Shown: positions 13,901 to 27,109 of the stretch, piece after piece
How positions within the stretch are numbered: position 1 is the first letter of the stretch
Layout: each line of letters starts with the position of its first letter
DNA from: Ylistrum balloti
Taxonomy: Eukaryota
Reading direction: 5' to 3'
Assembly (NCBI RefSeq): GCF_031769215.1
Contig: NW_026782609.1
Coordinates: 186,001-250,000, forward strand
Length of the DNA stretch: 64,000 nt
The notes under the pieces: generated by a model
Database searches by the model: none
Seen by the model: the letters and a program-made list of their open reading frames with translations, nothing else
What the model was told of the DNA's origin: nothing
Made by a program: the position numbers and the translations under genes

Positions 13901-16900
13901 AGTACAACGTTTATCGTAGTAAATATCTTTCAAGAATTGTATACCAAAATATATATCTTTGTCTAGTTTTGTACTTATTGATATGTTAACAACATTGCAG
14001 GCACCAGATGCTAGTCAAATCCGCCCACTGGAAATTTTGAGGAAATCTTTAGAGCATGTGAAGGAATGCTGGAAGAAAAAGAATAAATATCATTTTGTAT
14101 GTGAACAGTTCAAATCTATACGGCAGGATCTTACAGTAAGTTTCATTTTGTTTCCTTATTCAAACTTAACATACAGAATGTCCATAGACTTCAATATGTT
14201 AGATGAGATTGGGGTTCCCTTGTTTTTAACAGATATAATCAGAAGGAAGGTAACAAAGCTGTCTTTAGGCAGCTGTACATCGCATATGTGTCTCGAGCAG
14301 ATCATTTATTCACTTATGCCGACTTATGCCTTAAATACACGTTTCTTTATCAACAATGATAACCAAAGGAAGGGGGGAAAATGATTTGCTTAGATCTTTT
14401 GATACAAATCCTGGTCAAAACTCAGAAGCCAGATCAAGGCACTTACTATAGAAAATTCTTATTTTATCAGGATCAGATAACATATATGAGAAAAATAATA
14501 CCTGAAGTTTTGGTTTAGGTGCAGGGTATCCGGACCAGCTTTACAGTGGAGGTGTACGAGACACATGCCCGTGTCGCACTAGAGAAGGTGTGTATTTCAG
14601 AACTTTTATACCATACTTTCCTTAAATCGACTTTGTCAATTGAAATGTTGGTTACTGTTTGTCCAATCTTTATCTCGAAAGGATTCATAACCAAATGTCA
14701 TGACAAGCATTTTGCTGTTAAATGGGGTGTTCAGATTTTACTGTTAAATGAGGTATTCAGATTTTACTGTTAAATGAGGTATTCACATTTTACTGTTAAA
14801 TGGGGTATTCAGATTTTGCTGTTAAATGGGGTGTTCAGATTTTACTGTTAACTGTTAAATGGGGTGTTCAGATTTTACTGTTAAATGGGGTATTCAGATT
14901 TTACTGTTAAGTGGGGTATTCAGATTTTACTGTTAAATGGGGTGTTCAGATTTTACTGTTAAATGAGGTATTCAAATTTTACTGTTAAATGGGGTATTCA
15001 GATTTTGCTGTTAAATGGGGTGTTCAGATTTTACTGTTAAATGGGGTGTTCAGATTTTACTGTTAAATGGGGTGTTCAGATTTTACTGTTAAATGGGGTG
15101 TTCAGATTTTACTGTTAAATGGGGTATTCAGATTTTACTGTTAAGTGGGGTATTCAGATTTTGCAGTTAAATGGGGTTTTCAGATTTTACTGTTAAATGG
15201 GGTGTTCAGATTTTACTGTTAAATGGGGTGTTCAGATTTTGCTGTTAAATGGGGTATTCAGATTTTACTGTTAAATGGGGTGCTCAGATTTTACTGTTAA
15301 GTGGGGTATTCAGATTTTACTGTTAAATGGGGTATTCAGATTTTACTGTTAAGTGGGGTGTTCAGATTTTACTGTTAAGTGGGGTGTTCAGATTTTACTG
15401 TTAAATGAGGTATTCAGATTTTACTGTTAAATGGGGTGTTCAGATTTTACTGTTAAATGGGGTGTTCAGATTTTACTGTTAAATGGGGTATTCATATTTT
15501 GCTGTTAAATGGGGTGTTCAGATTTTACTGTTAAATGGGGTGTTCAGATTTTACTGTTAAATGGGGTGTTCAGATTTTGCTATGAAAAAGTATGCAGATT
15601 TTATTATTAAATAGAGTATTCAGATTTTGCTATTAGATGGAGCATTCACATTTTGCTGAGTTCGTCCCTTGTTTTGAATGACATCTGCTTAAACTGCTGT
15701 AAAAGTTTCAACCATATATAAAGAGATAACCTCTGCCGATCAGATGCTACAAAGTAGTGGTAAACATTCTTCAATTTCTCAGGCAATCATTCGTCAAACA
15801 ATTTAACACTTTTGACTTCTCAAAAACCCCTGATCTGATTTCAGTGAAATTTTGCAGAAACTTTTCCTGGCTTAAGACGAACGAAAATTGTTAATTATAC
15901 AGTCCCCACTAGATTTTTGAACATAATTTGTTTTAATTTCCTTTGGAAATATTTCAAACTTGGTTAAAATTATGAGTGAATTGTGACGGCCTGATGGTAT
16001 GCCCATTTTGATCCTGACTGACCCCCAGGGGCTGATAGGCGGGGCCAAAAGGGGCCAATTGACTTAAATTTCAAAAATCTTCTTCTCAACACCCAGATAT
16101 GGTATAATCAAATGCTCTTCATGAATGGAAGCATTTCTTCCTGGGGAGGATTATTTATTTTAGACTTTACTGTAAGTTTCATTGAAAGATTGCCTTTTTG
16201 AGCATAACATTGGCTATTTGCCACTGGAAATAACTTTATAAGAATCATCAGTGTAGAATGACAGTTTTGATGGTATGCATGTATGGACACTGGCTTACTA
16301 TATTCAGTGTCACAATTTCTGTTTCATGACATTTGATAACTATCCTTTAACCTGTATCCGCTAGGCCTCTTGTTGTTATCAAGACATGGCCCAGAAATAG
16401 GCAATAATAGAGTATTTCACACATGTTTGTATTGGTGCCTTAAAATCAACCTAGACCTGAAATAACATTAAATGTTTTGCTGAGACTCTTTAGTCAGTAG
16501 TACCTTGTTTTTGTTTTGGAATTCTGAATGAATTCAAAAGTGTTATTCTTGGAGTAATGTTTGCAGCTCTGACGTAGATATATATAACACAGTTATTGAG
16601 AATGATGAAGTTGATACCTTGTACTGATGAAATAAACATATTTTAAACTGATTGTAGGGAGATCATGAAGAGTTCAACCAATGCCAGACCCAGTTAAAGC
16701 TGCTCTACCAGGAAGGTTTACACGGAAACCAGCTGGAGTTCCTTGCCTATAGGATTCTTTACTATATCTTCACATCTAACACGCTCGGTATCCTTTCCGG
16801 TGTTCATGACAGATTCTTACCATTTTTATCATTGTTAGATGTATGACCCAAGGTGACAGTAATAATAATAACAAGAAAATATCCATACATACAGTTAGAA

Positions 16901-18544
16901 AAGTTGAAATATCTCCACACACCTTATTTAGTCCTTGAACCTGATAGAAACCACAACATACGTTTTAGTCCTACTTAGTGTACATCAGATAATAATGATC
17001 TCAACTGTCTCCTGTATAGAAATCTGTCTCCTGGCTTTGTTTTATAGAATAACAGATTTTCAGTCATTGAAACAAAGCATAGTAATTATAAAATTCCACG
17101 ACACTGACCCTGGACACTTGTAACTAACCTCCGTCTATCTAGCTCTTTGATTTGACTTCAGTAGGCGACACTTCTAAAGATTTGTAAGAAAACTATTTTA
17201 TAGGAACGATTCAGCAAATGACAATGCTTCAGGAAGTAGTTTGAAATGTATATTACCTGGTGTTCAATATCAGGAACTAACAAGCTGGCTCGACCCTATA
17301 AGCACACCCCACATAGGATGGCTGCTTTTAAAACAGACCATTTGCTTAATAAGTGATCTGTCTGTAAATAATCTGGTCTTTTTATCTCCTCCCCAGTACT
17401 GTGCCTGTACATAATATAGCCGAATTTTATTTCAAGTTCAAAATATGTATGAATATTTTTTTTTCGCATCAGTGATCTGTTATGATTATTTGTCCTTGAC
17501 CTTTTGAAGATATGACAACTGCCTTGGCATCTCTTACTTCAACTTGCAGGCAAGATGAGTGTGTGTCGTTTGCATTAAAAGTTAGGTCTGCTTGGGCCTT
17601 GAATAATTTTCACAAATTTTTCAAATTGTACAGTCATGCGCCAAGAATGTCTGGCTATTTGTTGGACTGGTTTGTTGACAGAGCAAGGAAAACGGCACTG
17701 AAGACAATTGTGAAGTCGTACGTACCAATGTTTTCATTATCTTATTTCATTAATATATTTCTGCTGCAAAGTATTTTTTATAATATGTTCCATTTCTGTT
17801 GCCCAAAACATGATTTGGACATTCCAATTTTACACTGTTTGATAATAGGTACTTCTAATGTTTTAAGTCTTAGTTTTAAGACATTTTTTCCAGTTTAAGA
17901 TATCAATATAAAAATAGAGATAAAGATATCAATATAAAAATAGATTTATCTCATACAAAGCCAGGAAATCTGAAATTGTTATACAAGTTTTGTTACATCA
18001 GTATGTGTGATATTGAACAAGATCTTATCTGTCCTGGGGATGTTGTTTTTGTTCCTTTAACCAAAGTGATTTTTTCACCATGCCTAAGATGAAGCCTGAA
18101 TGTTTTGGGTAAGTATGGTAAGTATATGTGATCAGCTGACATTGAATGATTGCACATTTTGATTTAAGGTAACGTTTTAACAAGTTAATGATACAAATGA
18201 TTTCTGAAAGTTACAGGTAAGGTTTCTTGAAATTTAAAACGTAAATGAAGGCAAAATAAATTGTGTGTGTATTTTTATGTCTTAACATTGTTTTCTTTTC
18301 TCTTCTTTTTCATTTTATCCCATGACCATTCGACCATTTCTGCACATGTGCGCCCTTCTACCAAATTTGTATGATCATGTGTAGATATCGCCCAATGCTG
18401 CCCGTAGATTACGTCCAGGCTGAATTAGGCTTCCAAAATGTGGAGGATTGTATAGTATTCTTGAAGGAAAAGGGAGCGATCTTGACTCCTGATGGAACCA
18501 AAGTGGACTGTAAAACGTGTGCAACAATAATTCAGGCTTTGTAG
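4980..18544 (+). CDS. LENG8: LENG8 homolog (SAC3/GANP/THP3 PCI-domain protein), about 807 aa, 16 coding exons
   Basis: Exons 4980-5029, 5849-6073, 6443-6500, 7621-7828, 8728-8935, 10304-10375, 10668-10826, 11495-11815, 12772(or 12781)-12969, 13310-13442, 13615-13704, 14001-14135, 14519-14587, 16658-16787, 17510-17717 and 18385-18544 join in frame (2424 nt, all GT-AG). Diagnostic motifs: [33 protein letters not shown], an RS-rich block, [53 protein letters not shown]. Confidence 0.93.
8000..8320. repeat. Degenerate ~60-bp tandem repeat in LENG8 intron 4
   Basis: About 5 copies of gggcatttagtgtaccctgtgtgcctgaacaagga...tattgtcctaaa. Confidence 0.8.
12311..12780 (+). repeat. ~61-64-bp tandem array overlapping the LENG8 exon 9 acceptor
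   Basis: Unit catgtacag|ttcagacaagaaattctaaggtcttacattgatttaaatcgaccagtactattat; the last copy supplies the real 3' splice site. Confidence 0.92.
14715..15580. repeat. 26-bp minisatellite in LENG8 intron 13
   Basis: Unit aaatggggtgttcagattttactgtt, about 33 copies. Confidence 0.96.
15830..16110 (+). mobile_element. Dispersed repeat fragment (non-autonomous element of unknown class)
   Basis: Shares gatttca(g/a)tgaaattttgcagaaactt and aatcttcttctcaa(c/a)acccag with 52090-52270 in the same order and orientation. Confidence 0.6.
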
Positions 18545-21500
18545 ATTGACTTGATAAGTAAAAGGCAGGTCCTTTTCGTATTCCGGGAAGAGGGTTTATC
18601 ATAGGTATCAATTCTAGTCAAAATATCAAACCAGAAATCCAAGGCAAAGACTTTCATAGTATATCGTGTGCCAGCACCCTGTCAATGTTGATAAATGATC
18701 CAAATAATTCTGTATGGAAATTACACGCGTGGAAGAAGTATCCAGGATGAAGTCTATAAATTTGTATTTCATGTGAGGAGAATCCGTATTCCAGACTTGA
18801 GTAAGAAATTAATGAATTTCCTTTTTGATATGGAGCTGTATCGTGTCGTGATGCTGGAATCAAAGTAAAATCAGAATTGATCACACCAGTTTATCAAATA
18901 TCAGAGACAACACAAATTTCATGGACTTCAGGATTTTCATCTTGTTCAAATCAAATCTTGAGTTTTTAATTGTAATTATTTTCATCATTTATAGCGCTCG
19001 CGCAACAGCAATGAGGTTTCCAAAAAGTATGTTTTACACCCTTAATCGTGCTAGAAGACGCTGCTATAAAAACTGTAAACCGTGCCTTATGTAATCCTGG
19101 GAGTTATTTTCACCAGAGAAATTGGTAATGCACCTGTTATGATGAGGATTTTATCAAGATGAAGCCTCCTATTTGCTTTAGTCAAAAGTTTTGATTAATA
19201 ACCAGCAGCATAATGGCATTACCCAGATCCTGGAAGTGGAAGGTGAGAGATACCCACGTCTACAGATGGTCAGATCTATCTTCCATGCGTTAGTTAGCTT
19301 GGGAGGTAGATGTGACTAGTCCAATAGCTATTGGCCAGCAGTCTTTACCGTGATGTCGCACCATTCCTTCCTGTCCCATGAATCTCGCCAGTCTTGGTCA
19401 TGTTTGTGTGTATTTGTATGTTGCTGTTTTTGTATTAATGCTCATGAACATTTTCTTACCCAAGGATCAGGTTTTCATAGATCAGCTTTCTCCCATTCTC
19501 ATTGATGCCAAGAAGCAGTCATTTTGTCATCATAAACAATTGGTTCTGTAAAGGCAATGAAAGAGATGTCTGCTCAGTATCTGAATTACATCATCCTTCA
19601 TATGACAATACTAAGTGAATAAATGTGTGGAAATGGAGCAAGTGTAAGAAATTCTCAACTGCTAAGACTTGTATGCTGAACTTATTGTTGAGGATTCCTG
19701 AGGAACACTTCTGAGAACATGCTCTACAATGCTGTGCAGTTGAACTTTAAAACTCTTGAAAAATTTCTTTTTCAGATGAAGATTATTTATGTACATGAGT
19801 GTTTCAAATTTGGACAACTTTCTCTTTATTTTCAGCCCGGGAAGAAATTAATTGCTGTTCTGTGAAGGAAAAAAACGAACTTGTTTTCCATAATGAACAT
19901 GGCTATGTTTTGAAGTACAAGAGAGAGTAGTAATTACACTGTCTTTATTTCAGAGAGTTTTAGTGCTTGATCGATGTGTGTGTGTGAGAGGAATGTGCAT
20001 ATGTAGAGAAGTTCTTTATCTGTGATAATGTGTAAGTCATGTTTGGAGAGGTAAAAGTGGTATATACATTTTGTTAAATGTGTTTCTATTTCAGATTGAA
20101 TGTCCACACATTGAAGGTTCGTTATATATATATACAAATGTTTATATTGTCTAATGTCATGTGTATATTGCAAATTTTTAAAAAGAAAATCATGAAAAGA
20201 ATCGATGAAAAAAGGAACGATGTCACTTTCGAAAAGTGAGAGAATGAAGAAGTTAAAAAATAAAACCTATTCCCAATTTGTTGATTTGCGTATATTTTAT
20301 ACTGCATGCAGCTTGCGATGCTAAACAGATGGGTATTTTTATAGTTCCTGGTTTGTGTAGTGCTCAACGTGAAACTTTTATCTCATTTGTTAGATATGGA
20401 ATCGATGGGCAGAATTATTTTGAATGTAAATGATATGCGATAATTTTAGAATAAGTTTATGGAGTCAGAATGGGAAAACACTGGTAATACATTTTGTTTT
20501 AATTATGGATTGCCTGTCGTTTATTTCCAGAAATATGTTACACTTTAAGAGAGAGCTTTTCAAAAAAACGTTTTTGTGGTCTCTCCATAACTTAAATTGT
20601 ATTAATTATACAATTGAAACTGAAGCCTCTGGCTGGACATTCAAGAATTTTATCTCTTGGACCTAGATTTCTTTGTCCTAAAATTTCACCAAAGACTTGC
20701 CTATCTGATACATTGTTAAGGCAATATCTGATGATATTTCATTGGACTTTCATAAATGCTGGAGTGAAGATTCTGTATATTGAATTAACCTAAAACTGCC
20801 TACCAGTGTTTACATTTCTGGTTAGGACATCTTTAGGATATAAACATTCTTATTCGAGAAGTTCAGCTTTATGCAGTCATGTATTTTTTTGTCATATTTC
20901 CTGGCAAGTCACTATGTTGATGGATCATCCTTCACCTTGTACATCAGTTTTGCACTGGCATATGAAAGTGTATTACTACAGGGGTACTACATTCAAATTC
21001 TGATTGTGGATTGAATCTACATATCAGTGGACACAATTTGTATCCTGCTGGAGTAAGTGTTTATTACCTGTGTCTACACTGGAGAAGATATTGTAGTAGT
21101 CGTGTACATAAGTAGTGTATATGATTACCTTTGTATCAAATGTTTATAAAGATATAATAAAACATTGAATACCTTCATCTGCTTTGTATCTGTTGTCTTA
21201 CCGCTATACCATTGTTCTACGGCCATAGGTCAAGCATATCCCTCGGAAATAGCATCCCTCTTATAGACGTAAATATAAAACTGAACTGATTGCCAGGGAC
21301 AAATAGTGTCAGAAGCATCCTTAGGGGAAGAGAAACATTATTTGCATAAATGGCGTGTCCGGGGTTCAAAAGGGGAAATTTGGAAAGTTCTTTAAAATAC
21401 TTCTGCAGAATTGATGGAATTTTGCTCAAATTTGGTTGAAGGGGAATCAGTTTTGTATAAACGGCGGATCTTGGGGCCCAATAGGGGAATAGAACAAATT

Positions 21501-23320
21501 CTTTAAAGTCCTACATCTCTGGTAGGAATAATTGGAAATTACCTAACTGTGGTGAAAAGGGACCAGTTTTGTGTAAATGGTGGATCTCGGCGTCCCTCAA
21601 CCCCTACCCCCTCCTGCTTAGGGCAGGAAGACGGTGCCCAATAGGATAAATAAATAGATGGAGCAAATGCTTTAAAATCTTGCTCCAGAATTTACTCAAT
21701 GGTCTTGTCCCATCAAAGAGGTTAAGTAACTGAGCTTTTATTTAAGAACATTTGAAATACCCAATCTATAGGCATGTAGAACATTGCTGGGCTATAAGAT
21801 TCGGGCGATCCATACAGGCCCTGTAGGTTCTTGTTATTTGAAAATAAGGATTTTGATTATGAGAAATAGAAGGCATAAGTCGTATTATGAGCTTAAGAGG
21901 TCGGGTTGTATCATAATCTCTCGTTGAAGAATTCGATAATGAGATTTTTTAAAGAACCTGCCACGGTGCATTATACGTAAGGGCTACAACGCTCCACACT
22001 TGTCTTATTAAGATGACCGTGTAGTCATCGAACGTCACACGCAAGTCTTCTGATTGTGTTAGCATCATTCTTGATTCTCCAAATTCCTGGGGGACTCTAC
22101 ACTGTATTTGGTTCTCGCGGTATCTACACTGTTAGTTAAAACAATATTCAACAATATTACACATACATGTGTTATATATGGGATGAGAAAACAAGCTTAG
22201 AATTTAATCTAATTCTATTGTTTGGTTCCCAAGGATTTCTTAGTTCTGGACGGCTCAAGCCCTACTTGGTTTCCGAAGGGTTTACAGTGTGTTTGCTCTC
22301 GGTCGTTCTGAGAAGTATGGGAAGCCCAAGGGTTTTCAGTACTTAAAGCACGCGGTGTCATGGAGGGTATCGAACACCCTCAGCTAGCAAAGATGGTGGC
22401 TCGTTGACCTAACCCAGACGTAAACCAGATCTCCGATGAATACTTTCTCCAGTGTTTGACTACTTAAATAAAAACCAAAACGACTTAGATATATGTATAT
22501 GATTATGTTTAATTATGTTCTTATAACTTAGTTCATATGTCGGACGACGTTAACATCATGGACACGATAAACAGGTCAATAATTCGAGTTAGTCACTCAC
22601 AACCAGTCGGACAGAAACCCCAATTTAAACTGGGGGTTATATTCACTCGCGGGAATGTTCATGTTTTCATATTAGGTTTTAAAGTTAGTTTTTATGTATG
22701 ACTTTTTACATCAATGCTCCAAAACGACCTGTTCTTAAACAGACGATGGTGTCAATAAATTGACAAATCTCATTCAAAGTTAGGAGGCGAGACAGGACTT
22801 AATATGAATAAGTTGAATCCGTGTTATTGAAGTGGTTTGACTCGGGAGTCAGTGACGAGTGTAATGTTGTTTGGCGACCTAGCTAGTACAAACTACTATT
22901 TTTATTGAACAAAACACATTGACATTTCCACTCGATAGGTCCCGTGCTGATTTCCCTATTTACGGTACACATATTGAAGGGACAGCCATTTAAATAATCG
23001 TTACGACAATTAATGATAAATAAGTATGCTAACAGAACTGTCAAACCTGATTTGTACATGCGTAAGTGTCTATTGTTCGGAGTATTGCTGATGTGTCGTA
23101 TATACATACGAAACCTTGGACAACGGTTACTACATACGTACCGGTGAATACGCTTGTTGTCACAGTGCCTATATACTGATAAACCGCTACCCTTAATCTG
23201 AAAATCTCAATAATCCATAACGCTGAACGTTAATATCACAAGGAGCCATTGGCCCTACATTTTTGGTCAGACTAGTACCGCTTTCAGGAGCCCTGGTCCA
23301 ACGCCTAGTAAACCCCACTT

Positions 23321-24637
23321 TCATGACGCTTGGTCCACAACAGGTTGTGGGGCTTTACTCGCCAGAATCTTGGCCAATTCGTTCATATTACGTTTCACCT
23401 TATATCTAAAGACCCACGGCACTTCCCGACGCGGGAGGACTTTTTTAGGTGGGGGAAGGACAGTAATGTCATCGTAGTCTGATTCATTGATGATATTAGG
23501 GTACACAATCCCTTCCGGCGCCGTCTGCGCCGTCCGTATAGAATCCGGGGACATCCGGGCATTCGTGAAATAGCCGACGTTGCGTGACATCACAGACTTT
23601 GACCTTATCTCAGTGTGGGTAGTCGGGGTAAGTTGAATCTTCCCTACGACAGGCTGGAAAGGAATGACAGAACAGTTAGTTTATAAGACACACACAGTAA
23701 CACAACCCCACTATCATTATGAAATGCTCATTTCCTTCATTAATTTATTAAACAGGTAAACAAATGTTTTCAGGGTTTTGCAACATCTTTATTTTTTAGT
23801 TAAGTTTAAGACTTAAAAACTTATCTGAAACCATGGAGGATAACAGAGACGTATATAACACGTGTGTTATATATGTCTCTGAGGATGATGAGTACACGGA
23901 ATGATAACTTTTTGTTTATTCGTCATTAGAACATTGGTTTCATGTTAACGTTATGTTCCCGAGTCGTTCACGTCTTCTCGTGGCTGAATTACCTCCTACA
24001 AACAGCTTCGTGTATTATTTCAAAAGCATTGCTAACAGCAACAGGTAACACTAACGTACCACCACCACCATCACCAAAATGCCACCTTTACAACCCGTGC
24101 TGTGGCGATATTATACAACCCCTGCCATGCTGCCACCGAAACAACACACACCATTCACACAGCATAAAGCGTGAAGGATGAGAAAACTCCTCCCCATTTA
24201 ACAAGAACACCATCTAGTCACATGCCATTTAGAGTCTACCATAACAACACACAATCTCGTGTAACATACGGTCCATACCACAGAGACTGTTGAGTGTGCT
24301 TGGGTCAGTTTAAATAGGACAGGGGATTCTTAATACAGTACAGATCAGATCAGATTTTCACCTTTGGAATTGGGTTGGTTAGGGAAAAATTAATCTAAAC
24401 CTGGACAGAATTTGAACTGAAGCGGAACTTGCCGATGCGAGGGTTTGGGACCTGTGGTATGGAACCAGTCGTTACACACTACCGTGGGGGAACATACTAT
24501 GTTATCTCCGTCAAGTCACGTGCATTTGCACCAGTACGAATACGTACATAGCGGTCAGTTTCACTGAATACAGGCACTCTCTGGTCAGATTTTTGAGGAG
24601 GTTTCCAGAAGAAGGGCTTCTTTTTACCATAAGGTTG
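23321..24637 (-). CDS. Last two exons of an uncharacterised protein
   Basis: Exon 24637-24548 (QPYGKKKPFFWKPPQKSDQRVPVFSETDRY, tatag/gtacgt, phase 0/0) joins exon 23653-23321 (tttccag|PVVGKIQ...EVPWVFRYKVKRNMNELAKILASKAPQPVVDQAS*). Sequence is GC-richer and protein-like; no family recognised. Confidence 0.6.
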
Positions 24638-25519
24638 CTATATAAAAATAAAATGTTTAAACTACTGACAACCGCCTCCGAAACAACTACCTGGTGTGGT
24701 CCGTCTGACCTGACGGTATAAACCACTATCTTTGGAGTTCGATCTTTGTATTTATAGAAAGTTTTGTACACACGTCTGGGTTTCGTTTTGTGCACCCTGT
24801 CTGACATGAGACAAGGCTTATGTAATTGTGATAACACTATCGAACTTCAGAGGTCCCTGAGGGTAAATCCGGTGTTTAACAGTCAACAACATATACTGTT
24901 CATTGGGTTTCTCAAAATAATACTCCGTACAAAATCTTAACCCCGTTACCCATACACATACGAACTGCGAGGTTGTTTTTATGCCAAGTACATATCGTGC
25001 AACATAAAGATTTTTCAGTTCCAATTCTCCTTGTAATTCATCACAAAGTATGCCAATTACACAAGAACTGACAGTTGTATCGAAGAGGTGACGGTCAAGC
25101 CAGTCACTGACTTGTATTGATCACATTTTTGAGTCAGACGATTTAGTACTAAAATATTTGAAAGCTTTTTAAACATAAAACCTTTTGAAAGCATACACTG
25201 CGTAAGTATCATGCTCAGGTGCTCGATTGCATAGCGGTGATATAGCGTTAGATGTAGATAATACATAGACAAATTGATATATCATTGTCCAGTTTGAGTT
25301 TGCCTGTGGTGCTAGTTAGGCGGTTTAGCTATGATGTTCACATCAGTGTTTCCGGCTCCTTGTTAAGATAAACAATACATTAGCAGGGTGGAACAGGTTT
25401 CTCACTTATCTATATCGTTAGCTTTGATAAAATATGGCAACTTGTTTCTGGGAATAACATCTCATATAAGGTTTAAAAAGACACCTAGCTGCCACGTTAG
25501 AGATGGAGGTACCTAGGTA

Positions 25520-26090
25520 CAATATACACATAATACAATTTGTAAGGTATGGAAATATAGACATAATATAATATGTTAGGTATGGAAATATAGACATAAT
25601 ATAATATGTAAAGTACGGAGATATATACACCTAATATAATATCTTAGGTATGTAGATATACACATAATATAATATGTTAGGTATGTAGATATACACATAA
25701 TATAATATGTTAGGTATGTAGATATACACATAATATAATATGTAAAGTACGGAGATATACACATAATATAATATCTTAAGTATGTAGATATACACATAAT
25801 ATAATATGTTAGGTATGTAGATATACACATAATATAATATCTTAGGTATGTAGATATACACATAATATAATATGTTAGGTATGTAGATATACACATAATA
25901 TAATATGTTAGGTATGTAGATATACACATAATACAATATGTAAAGTACGGAGATATACACATAATATAATATCTTAGGTATGTAGATGTACACATAATAT
26001 AATATGTTAGGTATGTAGATATACACATAATATAATATCTTAGGTATGTAGATATACACATAATATAATATCTTAGGTATGTAGATATAA
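25520..26090. repeat. AT-rich ~33-bp tandem repeat
   Basis: Unit cataatataatatgttaggtatgtagatataca. Confidence 0.95.
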
Positions 26091-26289
26091 ACCATGTTGT
26101 CTATGACAATCACTAACTTCAATGTAATACAACGAGTAATGTACAGAAATAACTAGAATTAATGTTATACAAGTTCAATAAGGAGATTACTACCTACAAT
26201 CTGTGCATGATTTAACATGTAATAAAACAAATAAGGTATGGCAGTAACTATCTACAATGTGAAACAATATGAAATGTGTGCTGGTAACT

Positions 26290-26820
26290 AGTAAGTGTAA
26301 TATAACGAGGAAGGTGTAGCGGTAACTAGCCAGTGTAATATAACGAGGAAGGTGTAGCGGTAACTAGCCAGTGTAATATATCATGTTATGTGTAGTGATA
26401 ACTAGCCAGTGTAATATATCATGTTATGTGTAGTGATAACTAGCCAGTGTAATATATCATGTTAGGTGTAGCGGTAACTAGCCAGTGTAATATATCATGT
26501 TAGGTGTAGCGGTAACTAGCCAGTGTAATATATCATGTTAGGTGTAGTGATAACTAGCTAGTGTAATATATCAAGTTAGGTGTAGCCGTAACTAGCCAGT
26601 ATTATATATCATGTTAGATGTAGCGGTAACTAGCCAGTGTAATATATCATGTTATGTGTAGTGATAACTAGCCAGTGTAATATATCATGTTAGGTGTAGT
26701 GGTAACTAGCTAGTGTAATATATCATGTTATGTGTAGTGATAACTAGCCAGTGTAATATATCATGTTAGGTGTAGTGATAACTAGCCAGTGTAATATATC
26801 ATGTTATGTGTAGTGATAAG
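26290..26820. repeat. ~38-bp tandem repeat
   Basis: Unit taactagccagtgtaatatatcatgttaggtgtagcgg. Confidence 0.95.
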
Positions 26821-27109
26821 TTATTAGCTACAATATATCGAAATGATGTATGATCAGGTGAGATATAAACTGTGCCGCCGATATATCTATAGAATTAAAT
26901 ACAGCAGACATTCACTTAAGCCAAAACTGAAACAGACTATGGAATATTAAATGGGAGCTGTTGTTTACATAGCTAAGTGTTTCTCAGCAAGGAAACCTAC
27001 AAAGGTACCTAGTATCAATACAGTTCTATTAATTCGGAAATATGGATCAATCACTGCAACACAACAGAGGAAGACTGATATTCCTCGTGTGGTACGGGTC
27101 GTCATACAT

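Noticed and set aside
25576-26122. 161/163-aa repetitive ORFs
   Set aside because: Translations of a 33-bp satellite.
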